32,000 nucleotides of DNA from Edaphobacter aggregans. Its GTDB lineage: Bacteria; Acidobacteriota; Terriglobia; Terriglobales; Acidobacteriaceae. Each line of letters opens with the position of its first letter. The first letter of the stretch is position 1. The stretch covers positions 930,001 to 962,000 of the forward strand of contig NZ_RSDW01000001.1 in the NCBI RefSeq assembly GCF_003945235.1, written 5' to 3'. The notes beneath the pieces are model-generated. The model ran no database searches. It was not told the DNA's origin and was given only the letters and a program-made list of their open reading frames with translations. The translations under genes and the position numbers were made by a program. Shown here in pieces: positions 1 to 8,984 of this stretch.

Positions 1-24
1 AGCCGTGATACTCTTCCGCCTACT

Positions 25-1239
25 ATGCCCAGCACACGCCGGACATTCTGCTCTCAAGCAGCTTCACTCCTGATCGCCCCCCGCCTTCTCCTGTCTCAGA
101 CACCATCCTCCCCAACAAAATCCACGGCACGCCCCGACGTTGCCGCCATTGACCACGACCGCATCCTTCACGCCGCAGACGACTATCTCAAGCAGCCCCC
201 CGTTCCCCTCACCGAGCTCTCCTCGCCACGCAGTCCCGGCACACCACACGACTTCTTCTCCGAAGCCGAAAACTACTGGCCCGACCCAGCCGACTCCAAC
301 AACCCTTACATCCCTCGCGTCGGCCAACCCAACCCCGACGCCTTCACTGCCCATCGCGACGCGCTCCTCAACCTCAGCCTCTACGTCCCCGCGCTCACCG
401 CCGCCTTCGTCCTCACCAAAGACGACCGCTACGCCAAACACGCCGTCGCCCATCTCCACGCATGGTTCATTGACCCCGCCACCAGCATGACCCCGAGCCT
501 CCTCTACGCGCAGGTTATCCAGCCAGCGAAAACCGGCCGCCCCGAAGGCGTCGTCGAAGCCGTCCATCTAGCCGAAGTCGCGCAATCCCTTCCCTTCCTC
601 TCCATCTCGGAAGCCCTCTCCGACACCGACCTCGTCACCATCCAAAAATGGTTCGCTGACTACTTCGACTGGCTCACCACGTCCCGCCTCGCCGGCCTCG
701 CCCGCGACACCCGAGACCACAACGGCAGTTCCTGGCTACTGCAAGCTGCCGCCTGCGCCCACCTCAACACCAAAGACGACCGCCCCCTCACCGCTCTCCG
801 TCACCAGTTCAGATCCACCACCCTCCGAGCCCAGATCTCCGGCGAAGGCACCTTCCCCCGCGAGCTAACCACACCCACACCCTATCGACTCTCTCTCTTC
901 AACCTTGATATGCTCGCCGCCGTCTGCGATCTACTCTCCACCCGTTTCGAAAGCGTCTGGGAGTACGAGCTCCAGGACGGCCCAAGCATGCGCGTCGCCA
1001 TCGCACGCCATTTCCCCTTCATCCTCCATCGCGGAGCGTGGCCCTACAAAGCCGACGCCACTCTCTTCAGTGCCCTGCCTCTCCGCCAGCCCAGCCTTCT
1101 GCTCGCCGCCCGCGCGTACAACCGCCCCGAATACGCAGACCTATGGCGCACCCTACCGCCCGATCCCACCGTCCCCGAACTCCAGCGAACCTTTCCCATC
1201 CGCCAGCCCTTACTCTGGGTCACCCGCCCTCACCCATAG
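25..1239 (+). CDS. Exported polysaccharide lyase, alginate-lyase family
   Basis: 404-aa ORF with ATG at 25. RR-containing signal-like N-terminus (MPSTRRTFCSQAASLLIAPRLLLSQ). Motifs ENYWPDP..NPYIPR and DDRYAKHAVAHLHAWFIDPATSMTPSLLYAQ match my recollection of alginate_lyase-type alpha/alpha-toroid lyases. Adjacent to eda-kdgK-kduI. Confidence 0.7.
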   Translation: MPSTRRTFCSQAASLLIAPRLLLSQTPSSPTKSTARPDVAAIDHDRILHAADDYLKQPPVPLTELSSPRSPGTPHDFFSEAENYWPDPADSNNPYIPRVGQPNPDAFTAHRDALLNLSLYVPALTAAFVLTKDDRYAKHAVAHLHAWFIDPATSMTPSLLYAQVIQPAKTGRPEGVVEAVHLAEVAQSLPFLSISEALSDTDLVTIQKWFADYFDWLTTSRLAGLARDTRDHNGSSWLLQAAACAHLNTKDDRPLTALRHQFRSTTLRAQISGEGTFPRELTTPTPYRLSLFNLDMLAAVCDLLSTRFESVWEYELQDGPSMRVAIARHFPFILHRGAWPYKADATLFSALPLRQPSLLLAARAYNRPEYADLWRTLPPDPTVPELQRTFPIRQPLLWVTRPHP

Positions 1240-1312
1240 CGCGACGATCAAAAGAACAACGGCGAGACCAAAGTCCCGCCGCATCTTTCTACTTCAGACT
1301 TCATCAACGAGC

Positions 1313-1972
1313 CTAAGCAGCCCCCTTCGACTGAAACTCCTTCACAATCGCCAGATACTTCTTAGCGCTCTCGGTCACGACTTCGGGCTTACCCTCCGCC
1401 ATGGCCTTCGCATTCACCAGATCTGCACCCACACCAAGTGCAAACGCACCAGCCTGCAGGAACTCCGCTGCAGTAGCCAGCGAAACCCCGCCCGTCGGAA
1501 TCATCTCAACATGTGGCAGCGGAGCTTTCAGAGTCGAAATATACTTCGCACCTCCCATCGCGCTAGCTGGGAATACCTTCACTACATCCGCGCCCGCCTG
1601 CCACGCCGTGACAATCTCCGTAGGAGTCAACGCACCCGGCAAAACAGCAATCGAATACCGATGGCACATCTCAATCGTCTGCAGATTCAGCGCCGGACTC
1701 ACTACAAACTTCGCGCCCTCCAGAATGCACATCCGCGCCGTCTCCGCATCCAGCACCGTACCCGCGCCAATCAGAATATCCGGCCGCTGTTCTGCCAGCT
1801 TCCGCATCACCTGAATCGCGCCCGGCACCGTCATCGTGATCTCGAGCACCGTCACGCCACCGGCGGCAATCGCCTCAGCCAGCGCCAGCGCCTTATCCAC
1901 CGACTCCGCACGCAGCACCGGAACCAGCCCAATCTCCTTCAGCGACTTCAATACAGCAACCTTCTCCATCAT
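1313..1972 (-). CDS. eda: 2-dehydro-3-deoxy-phosphogluconate (KDPG) / KHG aldolase
   Basis: 219-aa ORF with ATGATG start and a GGAGAG SD directly upstream. Full-length resemblance to Eda (VPVLR, GAGTVL, FVVSPALN, PGALTPTEI, VKVFPA, IPTGGV). Confidence 0.9.
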   Translation of the reverse strand: MMEKVAVLKSLKEIGLVPVLRAESVDKALALAEAIAAGGVTVLEITMTVPGAIQVMRKLAEQRPDILIGAGTVLDAETARMCILEGAKFVVSPALNLQTIEMCHRYSIAVLPGALTPTEIVTAWQAGADVVKVFPASAMGGAKYISTLKAPLPHVEMIPTGGVSLATAAEFLQAGAFALGVGADLVNAKAMAEGKPEVVTESAKKYLAIVKEFQSKGAA

Positions 1973-1978
1973 CTCTCC

Positions 1979-1999
1979 TATTCCCTACTCCCTATTCCC
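1979..1999 (-). repeat. Three tandem heptamers GGGAATA-GGGAGTA-GGGAATA (read on minus strand) in the kdgK-eda spacer
   Basis: Plus strand reads tattccc tactccc tattccc between the kdgK stop (TAA, 2006-2008) and the eda SD/ATG. A near-identical array is at 23394-23414. Confidence 0.8.
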
Positions 2000-2005
2000 T
2001 GTCTT

Positions 2006-3109
2006 TTATCGCTGCACGCGAGCCCCGCCGCCCTTCATGATGCGCTGCACCTCATCGAAGGTAGCCATAGTCGTATCACCGGGAGTAGTCATCGCTAACG
2101 CACCATGCGCGCAGCCGCAATTGACAGCCCAATCCGCGCCCTTGTCATTCAGGAAGCCATAAATCAATCCCGAAGCAAACGAGTCCCCGCCGCCAACGCG
2201 ATCAAATATCTCGAGATCGGGCATAGGCCGCGCCTCATGGAACTTGCCTTCGTAATAGCAAACGGCTCCCCAATCATTCACACTCGCCGTCTTCGCATGA
2301 CGCAGCGTAGTCGCCACTGCCCTGAAGTTCGGGAACGTAGCCACCGCCTTCTCGATCATCTTGCGGAAGTTCGCCGAATCAAGCTCACCCAGATCCTCGC
2401 CAACGCCCTCAATCTCAAATCCCAGCGCCGCCGTAAAGTCCTCTTCATTGCCGATCATCACATCGACATACGAAGCCAGCTCACGATTCACCTCAGTTGC
2501 CCGAGCCTTCCCGCCAATCGACTTCCACAGCGAGTCGCGATAATTCAAGTCATAGCTGATCATCACGCCATGCTTCCGAGCCGCGACCATCGCCTCCTTC
2601 GCCACCTCAGGCGTAGTCTCGCTCAGTGCGCAGAAAATCCCGCCCGTATGAAACCAGCGCGAACCCTCCTTGCCAAAAATCTCATCCCAATCGATCTGTC
2701 CCGGCTTCAACTGGCTCACCGCAGTATGCCCACGGTCCGAGCAGCCCAGCGCCGCACGCACACCAAACCCACGCTCGGTAAAGTTCAACCCATTGCGCGT
2801 AGTCCGTCCCACACCGTCATACTTCGTCCACACCACATGCGACTGATCCACGCCGCCTTGCAGCATCAAGTCCTCAAGCAACCTGCCCACCGGATTATCC
2901 GCCACTGCCGTCACAATCGCAGTCTTCAATCCAAAGCAACGCCGCAGCCCGCGAGCGACGTTGTACTCACCGCCACCCTCCCACACGTTGAACTGCCGCG
3001 CTGTCGCCACCCTGACATCACCCGGATCCAGCCTTAGCATCACCTCGCCCAGGCTCACCAGATCCCACTTACACTCTTCCTTCTTGCGAATCACCAAACT
3101 CTTCGTCAC
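2006..3109 (-). CDS. kdgK: 2-dehydro-3-deoxygluconokinase (PfkB family)
   Basis: The ORF track gives 2006..3223. I place the start at GTG 3109-3107, which overlaps the kduI TAG stop (TAGTG). The N-terminus VTKSLVIRKKEECKWDLVSLGEVMLRLDPGD then fits the KdgK pattern. C-terminal DRVGGGDSFASG is the PfkB motif. Confidence 0.85.
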   Translation of the reverse strand: MTKSLVIRKKEECKWDLVSLGEVMLRLDPGDVRVATARQFNVWEGGGEYNVARGLRRCFGLKTAIVTAVADNPVGRLLEDLMLQGGVDQSHVVWTKYDGVGRTTRNGLNFTERGFGVRAALGCSDRGHTAVSQLKPGQIDWDEIFGKEGSRWFHTGGIFCALSETTPEVAKEAMVAARKHGVMISYDLNYRDSLWKSIGGKARATEVNRELASYVDVMIGNEEDFTAALGFEIEGVGEDLGELDSANFRKMIEKAVATFPNFRAVATTLRHAKTASVNDWGAVCYYEGKFHEARPMPDLEIFDRVGGGDSFASGLIYGFLNDKGADWAVNCGCAHGALAMTTPGDTTMATFDEVQRIMKGGGARVQR

Positions 3110-3939
3110 TATTTCAACTCCGCGATGGCAACACCATCCATGTCGTCGTACGCCTGATTTTCTCCGCCCATACCCCAGCAGAATCCATAGTTCTTCGTTC
3201 CAACTCCAGCATGGATCGACCACCCCGGAGACACCACGACTTCTTTGTCCGCCACCACTAGATGACTCGTAGCATCCGGAGGCCCCATCAAGTGCAGCAC
3301 CCTATGCGCGGGGTCAACATCAAAGTAGAAATAAACCTCGCTGCGCCGCATATGTGTATGCGGAGGCATCGTATTCCAATTGCTCCCCGATGACAGCAGC
3401 GTAAAACCCATCACCAGCTGGCAGCTCTTGATGCCCTCTTTGTAAATAGCCTTATAAATCGTGCGCTTATTGCACGTCTCCACGCTGCCCAGCTCAAGTC
3501 CCTTCATATCCGCGAACTTCACCATCGCCGTCGGATACTCCGCATGCGCCGGATAGCTCAACAGATAAAAGCAAGCCGAAGCCGAAGCGTCTGCACTGGC
3601 AAACGTAACCTCTTTGCTCCCGCGCCCCACATAAAGACAATCCAGCCTGTCCATCGCGAAGGTCTTGCCATCGACAGTCACCGCGCCCGGGCCCCCGATA
3701 TTCAGCACCCCAAGCTCACGCCGCTCCAAAAAATAATCAGCGCGCAACTCCGGCTCCGTCTCCAGCTTCAACTCATCGGTCGTCGGAACTGCAGACCCAA
3801 TCACCGTGCGGTCAAGATCCACATAAGCAAACTCAATCTCTCCCGGCTGAAACATCCCCTCCAGAAGAAACGTCTCTCGCAGCTCTTCGGTATTCATCAA
3901 CCCATACCGAACCGCATCTGCCATCTGATACAGCCTCAT
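3109..3939 (-). CDS. kduI: 5-dehydro-4-deoxy-D-glucuronate isomerase
   Basis: 276 aa, collinear with E. coli KduI as I recall it (FLERRELGVLNIGG, WNTMPPHTH.RR.EVYFYF, SPGWSIHAGVGT, WGMGGENQ.YDDMD). Confidence 0.9.
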   Translation of the reverse strand: MRLYQMADAVRYGLMNTEELRETFLLEGMFQPGEIEFAYVDLDRTVIGSAVPTTDELKLETEPELRADYFLERRELGVLNIGGPGAVTVDGKTFAMDRLDCLYVGRGSKEVTFASADASASACFYLLSYPAHAEYPTAMVKFADMKGLELGSVETCNKRTIYKAIYKEGIKSCQLVMGFTLLSSGSNWNTMPPHTHMRRSEVYFYFDVDPAHRVLHLMGPPDATSHLVVADKEVVVSPGWSIHAGVGTKNYGFCWGMGGENQAYDDMDGVAIAELK

Positions 3940-4055
3940 TCAACTCCTCCAAACCTGCGTTCTCAGTATAGCCATCTCAACCTGTCTCCTACTTCGTCTG
4001 CGGCGTGGAAATCTCCTGCTATCATTGCCCTGAATTTCAGCGCCGAGGAGACTGA

Positions 4056-5699
4056 ATGCAGAAGCTTCGCATCGCAACACACCTCCGCCACGCAGCCCTC
4101 CTTCTTACCGCGCTCCACACTCTTCCGGCGTTCACACAACCTTCGCCCGATCATAGCCACGTTCACTTCATCGTGCATGCACCCTCCATCCTTACCGCTC
4201 CGATTAGCGGACGTCTCCTCATCTTCCTCAAGCCCGGCACCGGAGACAACGAAGTAAGTACAGACGAACTTCGTCCAACAGCCGCCTGGGTCGGAGCAAG
4301 AGAAGTCCAGAGCCTCAGCGCAGGTGCGTCCGTGGAAATCGACCCCGACGCCGAGGACATGGCATTCCCCTCTCCCTTCGCCTCCATCACCCCCGGCGAC
4401 TACGAAGTCCAGGCCGTCCTCGACATCGACCACACCTACAACTACAGCGGCCGAAGCCCACAAGACTGGATCAGTCCCGTCCTCGATCTTTCCCACTGGA
4501 CTCCCGGCGAAGGCCCCGAACCTACCCTTGAACTCACCCAACACCCCACAGAGGATCCCGCCCGTACCGCCTCCCTCGCAAAAGCCAATGCTCAGGTAGC
4601 CCCTGGAGTAGTCCAGCTCGAACAGCTTCAAAGCCCGCTCCTCACCCGCTTTTGGGGTCACCCTGTCAACCTCCAGGCATGGGTCGTCCTGCCCCCCGGC
4701 TACACCGAACACGCCAAAGAACGCTACCCCACCGTCTATTGGACCCACGGATTCGGCGGCAACTTGGAATACTCCCTCGCTAGCGGGTTACGCCTGCGCG
4801 ACCGCATGAACGAAGGCAAAATGCCTCCCATGATCTGGGTCATGCTCGACGAATCCTGCCCGCAAGGCACCCATGAATTCGCCGACTCCGTAAACAACGG
4901 CCCCTGGGGCGCAGCGCTAACAACGGAGCTCCTTCCTTACCTCGAATCCAAATACCGCATGGACGCCCGTCCCACCGGACGACTTCTCAACGGCCACTCC
5001 AGCGGCGGCTGGGCCACCCTGCAGCTTCAGGTCAACTATCCCAAAATCTTCGGCGGCACATGGTCCACCTCGCCCGACCCCAGCGACTTCCACGACTTCA
5101 CCAACGCCGACCTCTACGCTCCCAACGCAAACCTCTACCGCACCCCCGATGGCGCACTCATCCCCATCATGCGCGATCACGGCAAAGTTCTCTCCACGCT
5201 CCAGGAGTTAGCCCAACTCGAGCAGGTCCTCGGCCCCTACGGTGGCCAATTGGCCTCGTTCGAATGGGTCTTCTCGCCCAAAAACAACTCCGGCGCTCCC
5301 CAGCAAATGTTCAACCGCGCTACCGGCGCTGTAGACCCAGCCGTCGTCTCCTACTGGCGCGATCACTACGATCTCGCACACATCGTCGAAACCAACTGGC
5401 CCATCCTCAAGCCCGACCTGAAAGGCAGAATCCACCTCATCGTCGGTACCGCCGACACCTTCTACCTCGACGGAGCCGCGCACAAATTCGAAGCAGTCCT
5501 CAACCACCTAGGCGCAGACCCGCACTTCACCTATCTACCCGATCGCACACACTTCGATCTCTATGCCGTCAACCAGGATCGCTACGCACTCTTCGACCAG
5601 ATCAGCGCAGAGATGTACGCCGTCGCTCGGCCAAATTCACACTGGCAGCCCCATCCTCCTACAGCTTCGACACCTCAGCCTTCACCACAAAGCAAGTAA
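4056..5699 (+). CDS. Secreted alpha/beta-fold esterase (putative esterase / esterase D-like family)
   Basis: 547 aa. ATG at 4056 is preceded by GAGGAG (5-nt spacing). Signal-like N-terminus. Serine-hydrolase nucleophile elbow LLNGHSSGGWATL. PTVYWTHGFGG is typical of this family. Confidence 0.65.
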   Translation: MQKLRIATHLRHAALLLTALHTLPAFTQPSPDHSHVHFIVHAPSILTAPISGRLLIFLKPGTGDNEVSTDELRPTAAWVGAREVQSLSAGASVEIDPDAEDMAFPSPFASITPGDYEVQAVLDIDHTYNYSGRSPQDWISPVLDLSHWTPGEGPEPTLELTQHPTEDPARTASLAKANAQVAPGVVQLEQLQSPLLTRFWGHPVNLQAWVVLPPGYTEHAKERYPTVYWTHGFGGNLEYSLASGLRLRDRMNEGKMPPMIWVMLDESCPQGTHEFADSVNNGPWGAALTTELLPYLESKYRMDARPTGRLLNGHSSGGWATLQLQVNYPKIFGGTWSTSPDPSDFHDFTNADLYAPNANLYRTPDGALIPIMRDHGKVLSTLQELAQLEQVLGPYGGQLASFEWVFSPKNNSGAPQQMFNRATGAVDPAVVSYWRDHYDLAHIVETNWPILKPDLKGRIHLIVGTADTFYLDGAAHKFEAVLNHLGADPHFTYLPDRTHFDLYAVNQDRYALFDQISAEMYAVARPNSHWQPHPPTASTPQPSPQSK

Positions 5700-5800
5700 A
5701 CCGTCACATTCAGTAACGACGCCGTCTGATACAACATCCCTGCAAGCTCACGACCGCCCCCAATACATCGCACCCATCCCATGCGATACATTGGCTTAAC

Positions 5801-6568
5801 ATGCAAAACGCACTCGATCTCTTCCGCCTCGACAACAAAGTCGCTCTCGTCTCCGGTTCCGCCAGCGGCCTCGGAGCCGCCATCGCCACAGCACTCGCAC
5901 AAGCCGGAGCAACCGTAGCCTGCCACGGCAACCGCCGCCCCGCCGATGATACCGCCGCCGCCATCAATGCCGCTGGCGGCAAAGCTCACGCCTTCCAAGC
6001 CGACCTCTCCGCCACCGACGGAGCCGAGCACCTCTTCAATCAAGTCCTCGCCTCTCTCAGCCGCGTCGACATCCTCATCAACAACGCCGGCACCATCCAC
6101 CGCGCCGCCGCCGAAGAGGTCGCCCTCGAAGACTGGGACCGCGTCCTTCAGGTAAACCTCACCAGCCCCTTCCAACTCTCCCAACTCGCCGCCCGCAACA
6201 TGATCCCCCGTGGCCACGGCAAGATCGTCAACATCGCCTCGCTCCTCAGCTTTCAGGGAGGAATCCGCGTCCCCGCCTACTCGGCCAGCAAAGGCGGCAT
6301 CGCCCAACTCACCAAGGCCCTCGCCAACGAGTGGGCGCCCAAAGGCATCCAGGTCAACGCCATAGCCCCCGGCTACTTCGCCACCACCAACACCGAAGCC
6401 CTCCAGGCCGACGAGACCCGCAACCGCCAGATCCTCGAACGCATCCCCGCCGCCCGCTGGGGCCAGCCGCAAGACCTCGCCGGAGCAGCACTCTTCCTAA
6501 GCTCCGCCGCCAGCGACTACGTCACAGGAACCATTCTCACCGTAGACGGCGGCTGGATGGGCCGCTAG
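5801..6568 (+). CDS. kduD: 2-dehydro-3-deoxy-D-gluconate 5-dehydrogenase (SDR)
   Basis: 255 aa. Very close to E. coli KduD over the C-terminal half as recalled (NIASLLSFQGGIRVPAYSASKGG, ANEWAPKGIQVNAIAPGYFATTNT, ILERIPAARWG, DYVTG..L.VDGGW). Confidence 0.9.
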   Translation: MQNALDLFRLDNKVALVSGSASGLGAAIATALAQAGATVACHGNRRPADDTAAAINAAGGKAHAFQADLSATDGAEHLFNQVLASLSRVDILINNAGTIHRAAAEEVALEDWDRVLQVNLTSPFQLSQLAARNMIPRGHGKIVNIASLLSFQGGIRVPAYSASKGGIAQLTKALANEWAPKGIQVNAIAPGYFATTNTEALQADETRNRQILERIPAARWGQPQDLAGAALFLSSAASDYVTGTILTVDGGWMGR

Positions 6569-6594
6569 CCCTCCAGTCGCAAAGGAGAAACACC

Positions 6595-6804
6595 ATGCCG
6601 CAAAGCCCACACGAACGAGCCGCCGAGTTCCACAACAAAGCCGCTCACGCCCATCAGGCCGCCGCCGCATCACACAATAAAGGCGACCACCTCACCGCCC
6701 ACGAACTCTCCAAGCAGGCACACGAGCACTCCGCCAAAGCTCTGGAGCACTCCAACGAAGCCGCCTCCCACTTCAAAGCAGGCAAAGATCTAGGCCATCC
6801 GTAA
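6595..6804 (+). CDS. Small (69 aa) His/Ala-rich helical protein, function unknown
   Basis: ATG at 6595 is preceded by AAAGGAG (6581-6587). Sequence is MPQSPHERAAEFHNKAAHAHQAAAASHNKGDHLTAHELSKQAHEHSAKALEHSNEAASHFKAGKDLGHP. It lies in-frame inside a longer spurious ORF (6331..6804). Confidence 0.55.
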   Translation: MPQSPHERAAEFHNKAAHAHQAAAASHNKGDHLTAHELSKQAHEHSAKALEHSNEAASHFKAGKDLGHP

Positions 6805-6818
6805 CCAAACACTGATGT

Positions 6819-6850
6819 CCCAGGCGAGCGAATCCCTGCGCTCATCTGGG
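6819..6850. terminator. Imperfect hairpin between convergent genes (possible bidirectional terminator)
   Basis: cccaggcgagcg / cgctcatctggg arms (one mismatch, one G-U) with loop aatccctg. No clear U-tract. Confidence 0.3.
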
Positions 6851-6860
6851 ACACCAACAA

Positions 6861-7940
6861 CTACTCAATCCCCGGCAACTCCACCCCGCCCCGCTCGCTC
6901 GAAAGATAAGCCGCCTCCACCGTCCGCATCGTATCCATCGCATCCTCGACGCTGGTAGGCAGAGTCGTTGCCTCACCCTGCACAAAAGCCTGCAGCGACC
7001 CCATCGACCCCATAAACGCATCCGGAAACCAATTCCCGCTCACCGGCCCATCCTTCCACCCGCCATCCCCGCAAACGATGTACTCCAAATTATCCGGCAA
7101 CCCAACCGGATAATTCAGATTCACCCCCATCTGCGCCCGCATCGCACCCTTCATTCCCTCCCACTGCACAAAGCTTCGCTGCATATTCGGATCAAAATCA
7201 TGGCTATGATTTGAAGCAATAAACACCCGCTTATCATCCCCATAATCAAACGTGATCACGCTCTTGGTCGCCGCCAATTCCGCCGTACGCGGACTCTTCA
7301 CCGTCTTTGCGTACACACCCCGCGGATTCCCAAACCAGCTACGCACCAGATCCACATAGTGAATCGAATGGTAAAGAATCTCCAGCCGCGGAGCCGTACT
7401 CAAAAAGCTCCAGAGCTCCCAAGGCATATGCACACTAACCGACACTTCCATGTCGTGCAACTCACCCAGAGCACCCGTCCCATGCAATGCCCGAGCCGCC
7501 AGCATATTCGGAGCCCACCGCAACTGAAAATTAATCGCCGCAACCAACCCCTTCGCCCGGCATATCTTCAAAATCTCCACCGCCTCAGCCAGCGTCTCCC
7601 CCATCGGCTTCTGGATCAGCACCGCCGCTCCATCCGGCAGCTGTGGCAGCACCCCCGCAATCGCCTTAGCCGGCAATGCTACATCGAATACCGCATTCTT
7701 CGGAGCATACCGAATCGCCTCTGCAATCGAAGTCGTGGCAAACGGAATCCCAAAGCCCTTAGCCAACCCCTCCGCCTTCTCGAGGTTCACATCCACCAAC
7801 GCCGCCACAGGAAACCTAGCCTTCTTATAAGCCGGCAGATGCGAATCATGCACAATCCCACCCGATCCAATCACCACAATCGGCCGCGCCACCTTAGGCC
7901 TCGGAGCCACCGCCTCCCGCATCACCTTCTCCAAATCCAT
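6861..7940 (-). CDS. Gfo/Idh/MocA family NAD(P)-dependent oxidoreductase
   Basis: Rossmann N-terminus RPIVVIGSGGIVHDSHLPAY and a QKP (EKP-like) motif. Start placed at ATG 7940 (AAAGGGG SD 5 nt upstream). ATG 7970 is an alternative. The 8063 start in the ORF track would overlap the neighbouring gene. Confidence 0.8.
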   Translation of the reverse strand: MDLEKVMREAVAPRPKVARPIVVIGSGGIVHDSHLPAYKKARFPVAALVDVNLEKAEGLAKGFGIPFATTSIAEAIRYAPKNAVFDVALPAKAIAGVLPQLPDGAAVLIQKPMGETLAEAVEILKICRAKGLVAAINFQLRWAPNMLAARALHGTGALGELHDMEVSVSVHMPWELWSFLSTAPRLEILYHSIHYVDLVRSWFGNPRGVYAKTVKSPRTAELAATKSVITFDYGDDKRVFIASNHSHDFDPNMQRSFVQWEGMKGAMRAQMGVNLNYPVGLPDNLEYIVCGDGGWKDGPVSGNWFPDAFMGSMGSLQAFVQGEATTLPTSVEDAMDTMRTVEAAYLSSERGGVELPGIE

Positions 7941-8061
7941 CCAAACCCCTTTCAAATATCCAACCGCCATTCTATTGCTAAAAATTGACACCCTAAAAAA
8001 TCGGGCCACGCCATCACCCACCTTGCGTCCGCTCGAACCAGCCCGTACCCTACCAGAAGAC

Positions 8062-8820
8062 ATGCCGTCGAGCCTCGAACTCGCCCTCCTCTCCTGCGCC
8101 CTCCTCGGACTCCGTCATGGCTTCGACTACGACCACCTCGCCGCCATCTCCGACATCACCTCCGTCCAGCGTACTTGGCGCGAAGGCATGCGCCTCGGCC
8201 TCCTCTACGCCCTCGGCCACGCCTTCACCGTCGCCATCCTCGGAGCCGCCGTCATCTTCCTCCACATCGGCCTCCCCGAGCACATGGACGCCATCGGCGA
8301 GCGACTCATCGGCGCCACACTCATCGCTCTCGGTATCTACGTCCTCATCTCCTTCCTCCGCCGCAAACCAGGGCACCATCACCACCACGCCACACCGCGC
8401 AGTCGCATCGCCCTGCTCATATCCGGAGCACGCTACACCCAATGGCGCATTCGTCGCCTCGCCAATCCCACGGCCCCAAAACCCGACCCCTTCACCTTCC
8501 GTTACGACCGCACCTCAGTCTTCACCGTTGGCATCATCCATGGTCTTGGCGCCGAAACCCCCTCGCAACTCCTCCTCTTCCTGCTCGCCGCGAACCTCGG
8601 CGGAACCAGTCTCGGGTTCCTCGGACTCCTCTGCTTCATCCTCGGCCTCCTCCTCATGAACACTCTCATGACAGCCAGCGCCTCCGGCATCTTCGCTTCC
8701 AGCACCCATCGCCCACGCGTCCAGACCGTCGTCACCTCTCTCACCGCCGCCTACAGCTTCATCATCGGAGCCATCTTCCTCTTCGGAGCCAGCGACAAAC
8801 TCCCACCCCTCTTCCACTAA
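8062..8820 (+). CDS. NicO/NiCoT-like nickel(/cobalt) transporter, polytopic membrane protein with His-rich loop
   Basis: Start at ATG 8062 (MPSSLELALL...). H-x4-D-H signature in the first TM region (LRHGFDYDHLAAISD). Cytoplasmic loop KPGHHHHHATPR (His codons 8374-8388). Second-half motif GIIHGLGAETP. Multiple hydrophobic segments. Confidence 0.75.
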   Translation: MPSSLELALLSCALLGLRHGFDYDHLAAISDITSVQRTWREGMRLGLLYALGHAFTVAILGAAVIFLHIGLPEHMDAIGERLIGATLIALGIYVLISFLRRKPGHHHHHATPRSRIALLISGARYTQWRIRRLANPTAPKPDPFTFRYDRTSVFTVGIIHGLGAETPSQLLLFLLAANLGGTSLGFLGLLCFILGLLLMNTLMTASASGIFASSTHRPRVQTVVTSLTAAYSFIIGAIFLFGASDKLPPLFH

Positions 8821-8856
8821 GCGATGCCAAAGGAATCGGCTTTCGCTTCTAGGTAG

Positions 8857-8876
8857 CCCAAGGCTTCAGCCTTGGG
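8857..8876. repeat. GC-rich hairpin cccaaggc-ttca-gccttggg (REP/terminator-like)
   Basis: Perfect 8-bp stem with tetraloop, 37 nt after the transporter stop. Shares the GCTTCAGC core with 8910-8925 and 29087-29100. Confidence 0.5.
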
Positions 8877-8909
8877 TCTCCTCGGGTCTTTCAAGCAGCC
8901 ACAACAAAA

Positions 8910-8925
8910 AGGGGCTTTAGCCCCT
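8910..8925. repeat. Hairpin aggggc-ttta-gcccct (same family)
   Basis: Perfect 6-bp stem, preceded by an A-run (acaacaaaaa). Confidence 0.45.
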
Positions 8926-8984
8926 GGGGTATGCTCTTCTATGTTGTTCCGGGGCCGTCAATCGATCGTTAGACCTAATTCCCT

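Noticed and set aside
2006-3223. N-terminal extensions suggested by the ORF track for kdgK (to 3223), Gfo/Idh/MocA (to 8063), NicO (from 7975), larC (from 14187), SGNH hydrolase (to 26220), LarA-like (to 27457), HpcH aldolase (to 30330), DinB genes and the TPR gene.
   Set aside because: The extensions start at GTG/TTG or overlap neighbouring genes. They encode non-conserved sequence. Internal ATG (or, for kdgK, an overlapping GTG) starts give canonical family N-termini, signal peptides and SD sequences.
7941-8061. Possible NiCo riboswitch or sigma70 promoter (TTGACA at 7985-7990) upstream of the nickel transporter.
   Set aside because: There is no acceptable -10 hexamer at 16-18 nt spacing, and I could not recognise the NiCo (czcD-type) riboswitch architecture. 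The region stays unannotated.
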